The notes beneath the pieces are model-generated. The model saw only the letters and a list, made by a program, of their open reading frames with translations. It was not told where the DNA came from and did no database searches. Made by a program: the position numbers and the translations under genes. A stretch of DNA of 64,000 bases. Source: an uncultured Actinomycetota bacterium (lineage in GTDB: Bacteria; Actinomycetota; Actinomycetes; JACCUZ01). This document shows, in pieces, positions 20,065 through 30,083 of the stretch. The stretch spans positions 1,235,666 through 1,299,665 of the forward strand of contig CAWIXB010000001.1 in assembly GCA_963839955.1 (NCBI GenBank), read 5' to 3'. Position 1 is the stretch's first letter. Each line of letters starts with the position of its first letter.

Positions 20065-21659
20065 CGCGTCGCATGCTTCTGCGGGCTGCCGTGTTCGGCG
20101 CTGTCGCCAGCGTCGTCGTGCTGCTCGTTCCGGGCACGGCGTCCGCCCATCCGCTGGGCAACTTCACCGTGAACCGCTTCAGTGAGCTCGTCGTCGGCGT
20201 CGAGTCCGTGCGCGTCGACCACGTGCTCGACCTGGCGGAGATTCCTACCGCGCAGCGGACGCCGGCGATCGACAGCGACGGCGACAGGGCGCTGTCCCGG
20301 GCCGAGCTCGCGACCTACGCACGTGACGCGTGCGCGGACTCGGCCGACACGCTGTCGTTGACCGTGGCGGGCAGGCCGGTCGCGCTCGACGTGCGCCGGT
20401 CGACAGCCCGCACCGTGGCCGGACAGGCCGGACTGCCGACGATGCGGGTGCACTGTGCTCTGTCGGCATCGACGCCGACCCTGGCCGGCCCGCGCGGCGT
20501 TTCCCTCGTGGACACCGCCGCCGACGCGGAGATCGGCTGGCGCGAGATCATCGCCGTCGGCGACCGGACGACGGTTGTCGAGTCGGACGTGTCGGCCCGC
20601 AGCACGAGCCGGCGGCTGACCCGCTACCCGGCAGACCTCTTGTCCAGTCCGCTCGATGTGCGCGCGGCGAACGTGCGCGTGACGCCGGGCGGTCCGGCCC
20701 TCGGTGACAACGCAGACGTGGGGGGCACTGGACTGCCCACCAAGCGCCTGACGGGGGCGTTCGAAGGTCTGGTGACCACCTACGACGGAAATCCGTTGGT
20801 CGTCCTCGGCGGCCTGCTGGCGGCGCTCGCCCTGGGCGCGGCGCACGCCCTCGCGCCGGGGCACGGCAAGACCGTGATGGCCTTCTACCTGAGTGGTCCG
20901 CGCCAGGGCGGCGTCCGCGCCGCCGGCACGGTGGCGGCAACCGTGACCGTGACGCACACGGCCGGTGTGCTGCTGCTCGGCGTGCTGGTGAGCGCCGGCA
21001 CCGGCTTCGTGCCCGCCCGGCTCTATCCGTGGCTCACGGTCGCGAGCGGGCTGCTCGTCGCCGCGGTCGGCGTCACCCTCCTTCGCGCTGCGCGCCACCC
21101 GCACACCCACGAGCATCCGCACCCGCACGCGCACGCACAGGCGCACCGCGATGTCGTGCCCGATCACGCGCGCCTGCCGGTGCTGGTCGGTGCAGCGACG
21201 CAGGAGCACGCCGAGACCGCGCACGGGCACCGCGACGACGGGCATCGTCACGACCACGGCCGTCACCACGACGCCCGCCACCACAGCGGCCATGACCACG
21301 ACGGCGGTCATCACCAGCACCGGCCCGCCTCGCGCCGCTCGCTGATCGCGATCGGGATGGCCGGCGGTCTGGTCCCGAGCCCGTCCGCGCTGGTCGTCTT
21401 CCTGGCCGCACTAGCCGTCGGGCACGCCTGGTTCGGCGTACTCCTCGTCGTCGCGTTCGGCCTCGGCATGGCGGTGACGCTCTCCGCCGTCGGGCTGCTC
21501 GTGATGCGGCTCCGGACCAGGTTCGATGGCCGGCTCGCCAGCCGGGCCGGGTCGCGCGGCGCCCGCGTGTTGCGAGCCCTGCCGCTCGTCACCGCATGCT
21601 CGGTGCTGGTTCTCGGCCTCGGGATCGCGGCACGAGGAGTCGGCGTCATCGGCGGCTGA
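20061..21659 (+). CDS. RcnA/NicO-family nickel/cobalt-type permease fused to an N-terminal periplasmic domain with an EF-hand-like loop
   Basis: The N-terminus has a signal peptide plus DSDGDRALSRAEL (a canonical DxDxDG EF-hand loop). The C-terminal half has 6 TM helices with the NicO motifs HALAPGHGKT and GLVPSPSA. A His-rich loop (HPHTHEHPHPHAHAQAH…HGHRDDGHRHDHGRHHDARHHSGHDHDGGHHQH) lies between TM3 and TM4. Confidence 0.7.
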   Translation: MTRRMLLRAAVFGAVASVVVLLVPGTASAHPLGNFTVNRFSELVVGVESVRVDHVLDLAEIPTAQRTPAIDSDGDRALSRAELATYARDACADSADTLSLTVAGRPVALDVRRSTARTVAGQAGLPTMRVHCALSASTPTLAGPRGVSLVDTAADAEIGWREIIAVGDRTTVVESDVSARSTSRRLTRYPADLLSSPLDVRAANVRVTPGGPALGDNADVGGTGLPTKRLTGAFEGLVTTYDGNPLVVLGGLLAALALGAAHALAPGHGKTVMAFYLSGPRQGGVRAAGTVAATVTVTHTAGVLLLGVLVSAGTGFVPARLYPWLTVASGLLVAAVGVTLLRAARHPHTHEHPHPHAHAQAHRDVVPDHARLPVLVGAATQEHAETAHGHRDDGHRHDHGRHHDARHHSGHDHDGGHHQHRPASRRSLIAIGMAGGLVPSPSALVVFLAALAVGHAWFGVLLVVAFGLGMAVTLSAVGLLVMRLRTRFDGRLASRAGSRGARVLRALPLVTACSVLVLGLGIAARGVGVIGG

Positions 21660-21670
21660 GCGTGCCAGCA

Positions 21671-23539
21671 CTACCCGTCAGTGCTCTCCTCAGCGCGGCT
21701 CTCCTGCGCCCGGCCACCGAGGTGCTGGGCGAGGAAGCTCTCCGCGGCGGCGTAGAACGTCTCGCGGTTCTCCGGCTTCGCCAGTCCGTGCCCCTCGTCG
21801 GGGAAGAGCAGGTAGTCGTGCGGCAGGCCCTTCTCGACGAGCGCTGCGACGATCTGCTCCGCCTCGGCCTGCTTGACCCGCGGGTCGTTGGCGCCCTGCG
21901 CGATCAGGACGGGGATGCGGATCGCGTCGACGTGCGCGAGCGGCGAGCGGTCCCAGAGCATCTCGCGTTCGTCGTCGGGGTGACCGATCCGTTGGTAGAG
22001 CATGGCTCGCATCGGCGCCCAGTAGTCGGGGATCGACGACAGCAGCGTCAGCAGGTTGGACGGACCGACCAGGTCGATCGCGCAGCGGAACACGTCAGGT
22101 GTGAAGGCGGCGCCGGCGAGGGCGGCGTACCCGCCGTACGACCCACCCATGACGGCGACCCGGTCACGGTCGACCCAGCCCTGCGCGACGACGTGGTCCA
22201 CCGCGTCGACGAGGTCGTCCTGCATCGCGCGCCCCCACTGCTTGTCGCCCGCGCCGAGGAAGGCCTTGCCGTAGCCCGTCGAGCCTCGGTAGTTGACCTG
22301 TACCGACACGTAGCCGCGGTTCGCGAGCCACTGGGCGTCGGGCGAGTAGCCCCACCGGTCGCGCACCCACGGCCCACCGTGAACATCGAGCACCGCGGGC
22401 AGCGCGGACCTGTCCACGCCGCGGGGGAAGGACAGGTAGCCGTGCACCGTGAGCCCGTCGCGTGCCCTGAAGGAGAACGGCTCCATCGGCGCGAGCTCGT
22501 GCTCCTCGAGTTCTTCGCGGTGCGCGAAGAGGTACGTCGTCGCGCCCGACGCGCGGTCGTAGACGTAGAACCTGGTCGGCCCGTCGGAGACCGACAGCGA
22601 GACCAGCCACCGCGTGTCGGAACGCTCCTGCCGGTCCACCCCGAGCTCACCGTCGCCGAGTGCGTCCAGACGGGCGAGGTCGGCGTCGAGAGACGCGTCG
22701 AGCGGGACGACGCGGGCGCGTTCCTCGTCGTAGACCACGGCCTGGGGCAGCCGGGTCTTCGGGTCGCGCCACACCTCCGCCACGTCGTAGACCGGGTCCC
22801 CGGCGACGACGGTGCGACTCCCGTCGCGGAGGTCGACGCGCACGAGCCGCGTCGCGTTCGCGTCCATCGAGGTGAGGACGTACAGCTCCTTGTTGTCGCG
22901 GTCGAAGCCGATGACGTCCGTCGTGGTCGCGTCGTCGGCGGGCACCTCGAGGAACGGCTGGTAGTCGTCGTCGCCGGACCCGGTGCGCCGCAGGAACGTC
23001 ACGCCGCCGTCCGGCTGCATGGTCATCCCGCCGCGCATCCACAGGTCGGTGTCGACCAGCCACGACACGAACCCCGGGTTGGTGGCCTCCTTGATGAGCG
23101 TGCCGCTCGTGAGGTCGAGCCGGTAGAGGTCGTGCAGCTGCGGGTTGTCCTGGTTGAGCCCGATCAGCATCGTCGTGGGGTGCCACCTGTTGTGGGCGAG
23201 GATCTGCGCGGTGACCTTGCGTTCCGGGGTGAGCAGACGTACGTCGCCGGTGGTGAGGTCGAGCGCATAGAGCCGCCAGTCCTCGTCGCCGTCGGTGTCC
23301 TGCAGGTAGACGAGGTGCCGGTCGTCGTGGCAGAAGAGAAACGTGCGGATGCCGCGGTCGCGGTCGTGGGTGACGGGTTGCGGCGGCCGGCTGCCGTCGG
23401 CAGGGCCCACCCAGACGTTGAGCACGCCGTTCTCCGGGGCTATGAAGCCGAGCAGGCTGCCGTCGGGGGACAGGCAGGGCGACATCCGGTCGGGGTTGCC
23501 GAACAGCACCGAGCGCGGGATCAACGGGGGAAGCGGCAT
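21671..23539 (-). CDS. S9 family peptidase (prolyl oligopeptidase/acylaminoacyl-peptidase-like)
   Basis: It has an N-terminal beta-propeller region and a C-terminal alpha/beta-hydrolase domain with the nucleophile motif GGSYGGY and a downstream Asp/His. Confidence 0.85.
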   Translation of the reverse strand: MPLPPLIPRSVLFGNPDRMSPCLSPDGSLLGFIAPENGVLNVWVGPADGSRPPQPVTHDRDRGIRTFLFCHDDRHLVYLQDTDGDEDWRLYALDLTTGDVRLLTPERKVTAQILAHNRWHPTTMLIGLNQDNPQLHDLYRLDLTSGTLIKEATNPGFVSWLVDTDLWMRGGMTMQPDGGVTFLRRTGSGDDDYQPFLEVPADDATTTDVIGFDRDNKELYVLTSMDANATRLVRVDLRDGSRTVVAGDPVYDVAEVWRDPKTRLPQAVVYDEERARVVPLDASLDADLARLDALGDGELGVDRQERSDTRWLVSLSVSDGPTRFYVYDRASGATTYLFAHREELEEHELAPMEPFSFRARDGLTVHGYLSFPRGVDRSALPAVLDVHGGPWVRDRWGYSPDAQWLANRGYVSVQVNYRGSTGYGKAFLGAGDKQWGRAMQDDLVDAVDHVVAQGWVDRDRVAVMGGSYGGYAALAGAAFTPDVFRCAIDLVGPSNLLTLLSSIPDYWAPMRAMLYQRIGHPDDEREMLWDRSPLAHVDAIRIPVLIAQGANDPRVKQAEAEQIVAALVEKGLPHDYLLFPDEGHGLAKPENRETFYAAAESFLAQHLGGRAQESRAEESTDG

Positions 23540-23632
23540 GGTCGAAACGATATGTCCGAGCTTCGACGCGCAAGTGGCGCGGCCCGCCCCGGAAGGGCCG
23601 GCCGCGCCACGAGCACGGTTGGGCTGCTCCGG

Positions 23633-24178
23633 CTATCCGAGGATCGCCAGGATCTGATTGAGCAGCGAGGCAAGCTGACCGAGCAGACCGTTCAGCCCGG
23701 TGCCGTCCAACAGGCCGGCCACGGCGCAGAGCAGGTTGCCGAGCAGGTTGCCCGGGCCCGGTTCCGCGGTGATGTTCAGGTGCACGGTGTCCAGGTGCAC
23801 GACGAGGCCGAGCAGGTCGAGGTCCAGCGGGCCGAGCACCAGGTCGAGGATCTGGCACGAGCCGGTGCTGGCTGCCGTGTTCACCGGCAGGGTCACTGTC
23901 TCGTCGACGGCCCGGGTGCCGCCCGCCGCGCTGGTCAACGTGCCGGTCAGCTCACCGACGGCCACCAGGTCGCCGTCCTGCACCGCAAACCGGCTCGGGT
24001 CGAACGTGCCCTTGAACGTCCCGCCGTCACTGGTGCTCCCCGTCACCGGGGCGGTCGCGGGGGCGGCCGTCGCCGCACTCGTGGCCGCGTTCGAGCTGGT
24101 CGCGGCCGCTGCGCCGACGAAGAGCAGGGTCGACAGGCTCACCACGACGGCGAGCAGCCGGATCAGTCGTCCGGTCAT
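23633..24178 (-). CDS. secreted hypothetical protein (Ala/Thr-rich N-terminal linker, Leu-rich C-terminus)
   Basis: The 181-aa ORF has the signal peptide MTGRLIRLLAVVVSLSTLLFVGAAAA. No recognisable domain was found. Confidence 0.45.
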   Translation of the reverse strand: MTGRLIRLLAVVVSLSTLLFVGAAAATSSNAATSAATAAPATAPVTGSTSDGGTFKGTFDPSRFAVQDGDLVAVGELTGTLTSAAGGTRAVDETVTLPVNTAASTGSCQILDLVLGPLDLDLLGLVVHLDTVHLNITAEPGPGNLLGNLLCAVAGLLDGTGLNGLLGQLASLLNQILAILG

Positions 24179-24318
24179 GTGGATTCCTTTCTTCGGGGCG
24201 GGGACACCTTGGCCAACGAGGCGCTTCGGCAGCCGCTACGGCCTACTGGCGAGTAATTACGCAACATCCGTGTGACGTATTTCACGACCGCCCCGGCACG
24301 CTCAGTAGCCGGAGGCTT

Positions 24319-26277
24319 GTGCCTCGCGGGGCAGTAGCCTCCGACCTCGTGCCCCCAACGACTGCGGACCTGCTCGCCTCCGTGGTGGCGGCGATCGCCG
24401 GCAGCGAGCGTCCTGGTCAGCTGCAGATGGCCGAGGCCGTCGCGGCCGCGATGGCCGAGGGCACGCATCTGCTGGTGCAGGCCGGAACCGGCACCGGAAA
24501 GTCGCTCGGCTACCTGGTACCGGCGCTGCTGCACGACGGGCCGGTGGTCGTGGCGACCGCCACCCTCGCGCTGCAGAGCCAGATCGTCGACCGCGACCTG
24601 CCCGCGCTCGTCGACGCCGCGGAGCCGCTGCTCGGCCGCCGGCCGTCCTTCGCCATCCTCAAGGGCCGCTCGCACTACGTGTGCCGCAACAAGGTGCACG
24701 GCGGCATGCCCGACGAGGGCGAGGACGTGCTTTTCGACGCATCGCCGACCACCGCGCTGGGCCGCGACATCGTGCGGGTGCGCGGTTGGACCGACGACAC
24801 GACCACGGGTGACCGCGACGAGCTCGAGCCGGGAGTCTCCGACCGGGCCTGGCGCCAGGTCAGTGTCACTGCCACCGAGTGTCTCGGCGCGGCCCGCTGC
24901 CCGTTCGGCAGCGACTGCTTCGCCGAGCTCGCACGGGACCGGGCGGCGCAGGCCGACGTCGTCGTCACCAACCACGCGTTGCTCGCCATCGATGCCCTGG
25001 AGAGCTTCGACGTGCTGCCGGAGCACGACGTGGTCGTCGTCGACGAGGCGCACGACCTGGTGGACCGCGTGACAGGGGTGGCGACCGACGAGCTCACGCC
25101 CGCGCTGGTCGAACGTGCGGCGAGCCGGGCCCGTCGACTCGTGGACGACCCCGACGACGCTGAGCGCCTCGCCGAGAGCGCCGAAGGGCTGGCGCTGGCG
25201 CTGGCCGCGACCGACGAGGGCCGGGTGGTGGACTTGCCCGAGCAGCTCACCGAGGCCGTCGCCGTCGTCCGTGACTCGGCGCGGGCGGTGCAGTCGGGAC
25301 TTGGCGCCGTGCGCGGTGGCGAGGACGGTGCCAAGAAGATCGCGCAGGCGGCGGTGTGGGACGTGCACGCCACTGCCGAGAGGGTGGCGGGCCACTCGCC
25401 GTACGACGTCACGTGGGTGGCCCGCGACGGGCGGCGCGGCTCGGTTCTGCGCGTCGCCCCGCTCTCGGTGAACGGTCTCCTGCGCGAGGCGCTCTTCGGG
25501 ACGCGGACGGTCGTGCTGACGAGTGCGACGCTCGAGCTCGGCGGCAGCTTCGACCCGATCGCCCGGCAGGTGGGGCTGACCGGCGAGGACGCGCCCGCGT
25601 GGGAGGGCCTCGACGTCGGATCGCCCTTCGACTACCAGCGCCAGGCCATCCTCTACGTCGCTCGCCGGCTGCCGCCGCCCGGCCGGGGCGCGGCGTCTGA
25701 TGCCTCGCTGGACGAGCTGGCCGCTCTCGTCGAGGCGGCCGGAGGTCGCACGCTCGGGTTGTTCTCGTCGATGCGCGCGGCCCAGGCTGCTGCCGAGGCG
25801 ATGCGTGACCGGCTCGACGTGCCGGTGCTCTGCCAGGGCGAGGACCGCACGGCGGCCCTGGTGCGGGCGTTCGCCGACGACCCGGCGACCTGCCTGTTCG
25901 GCACGCTGTCGCTGTGGCAGGGCGTCGACGTGCCCGGGGACTCGTGCCGGCTGGTGGTGATCGACCGTGTCCCGTTTCCCCGCCCGGACGACCCGTTGAT
26001 GTCCGCACGCGCGCAGGCGGTGAGCGACGCAGGAGGCAACGGCTTCATGTCGGTGTCGGCGACGCACGCGGCCCTGAAGCTGGCGCAGGGGTCCGGGAGG
26101 CTCATCCGTTCCGGGACCGACCGCGGGGTGGTGGCCGTGCTCGACTCCCGGGTCGTGACGGCTCGGTACGGCGAGTTCCTCCGCTCGTCGTTGCCGCCGT
26201 TCTGGCTGACCACCGAGCGCGAGGTCGCGGTGGGGGCGTTGCGCCGGCTGACTGCGGACGCCGGAGCTCGGGTCTGA
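24319..26277 (+). CDS. dinG: ATP-dependent DNA helicase, DinG/Rad3-like (SF2, Fe-S cluster type)
   Basis: The Walker A motif is LVQAGTGTGKSLGYLVPAL and the DEAH box is VVVDEAHDL. There is a 4-Cys cluster, CRNK…C…C…C (CLGAARCPFGSDC), and a C-terminal helicase domain (LSLWQGVDVPG). Confidence 0.85.
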   Translation: MPRGAVASDLVPPTTADLLASVVAAIAGSERPGQLQMAEAVAAAMAEGTHLLVQAGTGTGKSLGYLVPALLHDGPVVVATATLALQSQIVDRDLPALVDAAEPLLGRRPSFAILKGRSHYVCRNKVHGGMPDEGEDVLFDASPTTALGRDIVRVRGWTDDTTTGDRDELEPGVSDRAWRQVSVTATECLGAARCPFGSDCFAELARDRAAQADVVVTNHALLAIDALESFDVLPEHDVVVVDEAHDLVDRVTGVATDELTPALVERAASRARRLVDDPDDAERLAESAEGLALALAATDEGRVVDLPEQLTEAVAVVRDSARAVQSGLGAVRGGEDGAKKIAQAAVWDVHATAERVAGHSPYDVTWVARDGRRGSVLRVAPLSVNGLLREALFGTRTVVLTSATLELGGSFDPIARQVGLTGEDAPAWEGLDVGSPFDYQRQAILYVARRLPPPGRGAASDASLDELAALVEAAGGRTLGLFSSMRAAQAAAEAMRDRLDVPVLCQGEDRTAALVRAFADDPATCLFGTLSLWQGVDVPGDSCRLVVIDRVPFPRPDDPLMSARAQAVSDAGGNGFMSVSATHAALKLAQGSGRLIRSGTDRGVVAVLDSRVVTARYGEFLRSSLPPFWLTTEREVAVGALRRLTADAGARV

Positions 26278-26382
26278 GCCACGTTCTTGCTGGTCAACAG
26301 TATTTACGCGCTTTTGTCCCGCCTCGCAGCTTCGTCGGCCTAGGGTGCCCCTGACCCCGTCTTCTTTCGAAGGGCCACACCC

Positions 26383-29030
26383 GTGCCTCGATCTCCCTCA
26401 CGCGCCTCAGCGGCCGTCTGCGTCACCCTCGCAGTCGTCGCCGGCGCGCTCGTCACCACGCCTGCTCAGGCGGCCGAGCCGACCGTCCCGTTCATCTCCG
26501 AGCTCCACTACGACAGCAGCGTCGCCAACGACGCCGGCGAGTTCGTCGAGGTGCAGGTGCCGCCAGGTGCCACCGTCGAAGGCTGGACGGTCGTGCTCTA
26601 CAACGGCAATGGTGGTGGGCTCTACGGCGGTCCCCGCACCCTCCCTGCGGTGAGCGCACCTGCCGGCGGGCCGGCTGCCGTCGCGGTGATCGACTACCCC
26701 ACCGTGACCAACGGGGCGGTGCAGAACGGCGCGCCCGACGGGCTCGCCCTGGTCGACGCCGCAGGCAGCGTGGTGGAGTTCCTCTCCTACGAGGGCGGGT
26801 TCACCGCGGTCGGCGGGCCGGCCGATGGTCGGCCAAGCGTCGACATCGGCGTCGCGGAGTCCAACGGCACGCCGGGCGGGTCGTCGCTGTCGAAGCGATT
26901 GGTCGAGGCCACCGGCAACTACGCGTGGCAGCCTGAGGGCGCGAACAGCAAGGGTCAGGTCAACCCGGTCGTCGAGGACGCCTGAGGTCCAGCCGTGCGA
27001 GGTCGCCGTCACGCATGACATCGGCGACGTCCAGGGCAGCGGCGCCAGCAGCCCGCTTGCCGGCGAGCAGGTGAGCGTCCGCGGCGTTGTCGTCGCCGAC
27101 GTCCCCGGCCTCGACGGCTTCTACCTGCAGGACGCGGGCGACGGCGATCCCGACGACCTCGGACGGCATCTTCATCGACAGCCCGGTAGCCGTGGGGCTC
27201 GGCGACACGGTGGCGGTCCAGGGCGGGGCCCAGGAGGACTTCGGCCAGACCGAGATCGTCTCCAACGTGGACACCCAGGTCTGCACACCAGGGTCCGCCG
27301 CGGCGCTGCCGACGCCCGCACCCCTGGACCTGCCGGCCGACAACGCGACGCGGGAGCCGCTCGAGGGCATGCTGGTTGCCCCGGCCGACACGCTGACCGT
27401 CAGCGAGGTCTTCGCGCTCACCCGTTTCGGTGAGCTGACGCTGTCCGAGGGCGGCCTGCTCGTGCAGCCGACCGAGCTGGAGCGGCCCGGCCCGGCCGCG
27501 CAGGCGATCGCTGCGCAGAACGAGCGCCGTCGCGTCCTGCTCGACGACGGGAGCAACGCGTCGCTCAGCGCCACGAACCGGCCCTACCTGAGCCCGACCA
27601 CCCCGGTGCGCGTGGGTGACGAGCTCGAGTTCACGTCACCGGTGGCGCTCGGCTTCGGCTTCGGCTCGTGGCGCCTCCAGCCCTCCGACGGAACGCCCGA
27701 GGGGACGTTCGCGCCGCAGAACACCCGGACCGGCGTGGCCGCTCCCGACGCCGTCGGCGGCGACGTGCAGGTGGGCGCGTTCAACGTGCTGAACTACTTC
27801 CTCACCTTCGGTGGCGTCGGCCGCGGCGCCGCGAACGCGGCTCAGTTCGAGAAGCAGGCCGCCAAGATCGTCACCGCGATCGAGGTGCTGGACACCGACG
27901 TCGTCACGCTGATGGAGATCGAGGACACCGCCTCGACCAACTACGGCGCAGGCACGCCCCAGGAAGGCAACCCCGACCAGGCGCTCGCCGACCTGGTGCG
28001 GCGCCTGAACCTTGCTGCCGGGTTCGACAAGTGGGACTACTCGCCGCTGCCCGACGAGCTTCTCGCGGTCGATCGCGACGTGATCCGCAACGGGATCATC
28101 TACCAGAAGGGCGTCGTGCAGCCGGTCGGCGAGCCGGTCGGTCTCGTGGACGAAACCATCTGGGGCAACGCCCGCGAGCCTCTCGCGCAGACCTTCGCGA
28201 AGGACGGCGACCGGTTCACCGTTATCGCGAACCATTTCAAGTCCAAGAGTCCGTCCGACCCTCCGCAGGAGGGCAACGACAACGAGGACATCGGCGACGG
28301 CCAGGGTGAGTTCAACGGCGACCGCGTCCGCCAGGCCGGTTCGCTGGCAGCGTTCGCTGAAGAGCAGCGGGCGCGGACCAGCGACGCCGACGTGCTGCTG
28401 ATGGGTGACCTCAACGCCTACTCCGAGGAGGACCCGATCGAGCGGCTGCGCCAGGAAGGCTTCAACGACCTAGGCGCGCAGTTCGACGAGGGTCGCTACA
28501 GCTACGTCTTCGACGAGCTCTCCGGCTCGCTCGACCACGCGATGGCTACCGACGCGCTGACCGCAAAGGTCACCGACGTCGCCCACTGGAACATCAACGC
28601 GGGCGAGTCCTTCGCCTACCAGTACGTCGGCGACCCCGCGCTCTACGCCACCCACCAGTTCCGGTCGAGCGACCACGACCCGCTGGTCCTCGGCATCGAT
28701 CTGGAGGAGCGCTGCGACGGCCTGCTTCCGACGATCCGGGGCACGGCCGGAAACGACGTGATCAACGGCACGAACAAGCGTGACGTGATCATGGGCCTCG
28801 GCGGCAACGACGTCCTGAACGGTGCCAACGCCGAGGACGTCGTCTGTGGTGGCGCCGGTGACGACGTCATCAACGGCGGGAACAGCGACGACGTCCTGCT
28901 CGGCGGCTTCGGCAACGACCGCGTCTCGGGCGCCAACGGCAACGACCGTCTCGTCGGTGGACCCGGCGTCGACGTTCTCGACGGCGGCGGCGGGTCGAAC
29001 ACCGTGATCCAGGACGGTCCCGAGTCCTGA
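26383..29030 (+). pseudogene. ExeM/NucH-family extracellular endonuclease (LTD, OB-like linker, EEP nuclease and RTX Ca-binding repeats) split by two +1 frameshifts
   Basis: The gene is read in three frames. Frame 1 (26383-26985) is a signal peptide plus a lamin-tail domain (FISELHYD…GEFVEV…). Frame 2 (about 26985-27160) reads …CEVAVTHDIGDVQGSGASSPLAGEQVSVRGVVVADVPGLDGFYLQDAGDGDPDD. Frame 0 (27087-29030) reads TSDGIFIDSPVAVGLGDTVAV…, followed by an EEP domain and the GGAGNDVINGTNKRDVIMGLGGNDVLNGANAEDVVCGGAGDDVINGGNSDDVLLGGFGNDRV repeats. The breakpoints lie near 26980 and near 27150. Confidence 0.6.
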
Positions 29031-29047
29031 CCGGAGGAACGGACGTG

Positions 29048-29081
29048 GACGGGGACGGGTGCGTTCGCACCCGTCCCCGTC
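29048..29081 (+). terminator. GC-rich hairpin terminator after the nuclease gene
   Basis: Read directly: gacggggacgggtgc-gttc-gcacccgtccccgtc. It forms a perfect 15-bp stem 18 nt after the stop. Confidence 0.5.
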
Positions 29082-29102
29082 GCGCCGCCGAGCGGGAACG
29101 CC

Positions 29103-30074
29103 GTGCCCGCTGAGCACATCAAGCCCATGCTCGCGACCACCGGTGCGCTGCCGACGACCGACGAGGCTCGGTGGGCGTTCGAGATGAAGTGGGACGGGGT
29201 GCGCGCTGTCATCTACGTCACGGAGGGTGACACGGATGCGGTACGTCTCCTCACCCGCAACGACCGTGAGGTCTCGGCGAGCTATCCGGAGCTGCACGGG
29301 ATCGCTGCCGCGATGGGCGGGCGCGATGTCGTGCTCGACGGGGAGATCGTCGCGCTCGACGCGGCCGGGCGGCCGAGCTTCGGGAAGCTGCAGGCCCGGA
29401 TGCACGTGCGGCGCCCGGGCGGCGACCTGATCGCGAAGGTGCCTGTCTCCTTCCTGGCCTTCGACCTGCTAGCGCTGGACGGCGCCCCGCTGGTGCGGCT
29501 GCCCTACGACGAGCGGCGGGCCCGGCTCGAGTCGCTGGACCTGGACGGACCTCGCTGGGCCACCCCGCCGGCGTTCGAGGGCGACGGCGCCGCGGCGCTG
29601 GCCGCCTCACTCTCCCAGGGCCTGGAGGGAGTCGTCGCCAAGCGCCGCGACTCGACGTACGAGCCGGGACGCCGCTCTCGCGTGTGGGTGAAGGTCAAGC
29701 ACTTCCGCACCCAGGAGGTGGTGATCTGCGGCTGGCGGGCGGGGCAGGGGCGACGGGCGGGTGGCATCGGCTCGCTGCTGGTGGCCGTGCACAACGACGA
29801 CGGTGACCTGGTCTACGCCGGTCACGTGGGCACCGGCTTCACCGCCGCGGCGCTCGACGACCTGGCCAGGAGGCTGCGGCCCCTGGAGCGACGGACGCCG
29901 CCGGTGGCGAACGAGGTGCCGCGGCCGCACGCCCGCGACGCCCGGTGGGTCACTGCCCGGTTGGTCGGCGAGGTGTCGTTCGGCGAGTGGACCTCGGACG
30001 GCCTGCTGCGTCACCCGGTCTGGCGAGGGCTTCGGCCGGACAAGTCCGCCGACGAGGTCGTGCCGGAGAGCTGA
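29103..30074 (+). CDS. ligC: ATP-dependent DNA ligase (LigC-like stand-alone ligase domain)
   Basis: The 323-aa ORF has a GTG start. The adenylation motif I is KxDG (EMKWDGVRAV). Ligase motifs III, IV and V and an OB-fold follow downstream. Confidence 0.8.
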   Translation: MPAEHIKPMLATTGALPTTDEARWAFEMKWDGVRAVIYVTEGDTDAVRLLTRNDREVSASYPELHGIAAAMGGRDVVLDGEIVALDAAGRPSFGKLQARMHVRRPGGDLIAKVPVSFLAFDLLALDGAPLVRLPYDERRARLESLDLDGPRWATPPAFEGDGAAALAASLSQGLEGVVAKRRDSTYEPGRRSRVWVKVKHFRTQEVVICGWRAGQGRRAGGIGSLLVAVHNDDGDLVYAGHVGTGFTAAALDDLARRLRPLERRTPPVANEVPRPHARDARWVTARLVGEVSFGEWTSDGLLRHPVWRGLRPDKSADEVVPES

Positions 30075-30083
30075 GGGCCGGGC

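Noticed and set aside
21596-24256. 886-aa plus-strand ORF overlapping the S9 peptidase gene
   Set aside because: It is antisense to a strongly supported peptidase gene and its product looks like junk.
26975-27160. Programmed ribosomal frameshifting in the ExeM/NucH nuclease
   Set aside because: Two separate +1 shifts in a short span, with no slippery heptamer or downstream structure, make programmed recoding implausible. Pseudogenisation or sequencing indels are more likely.
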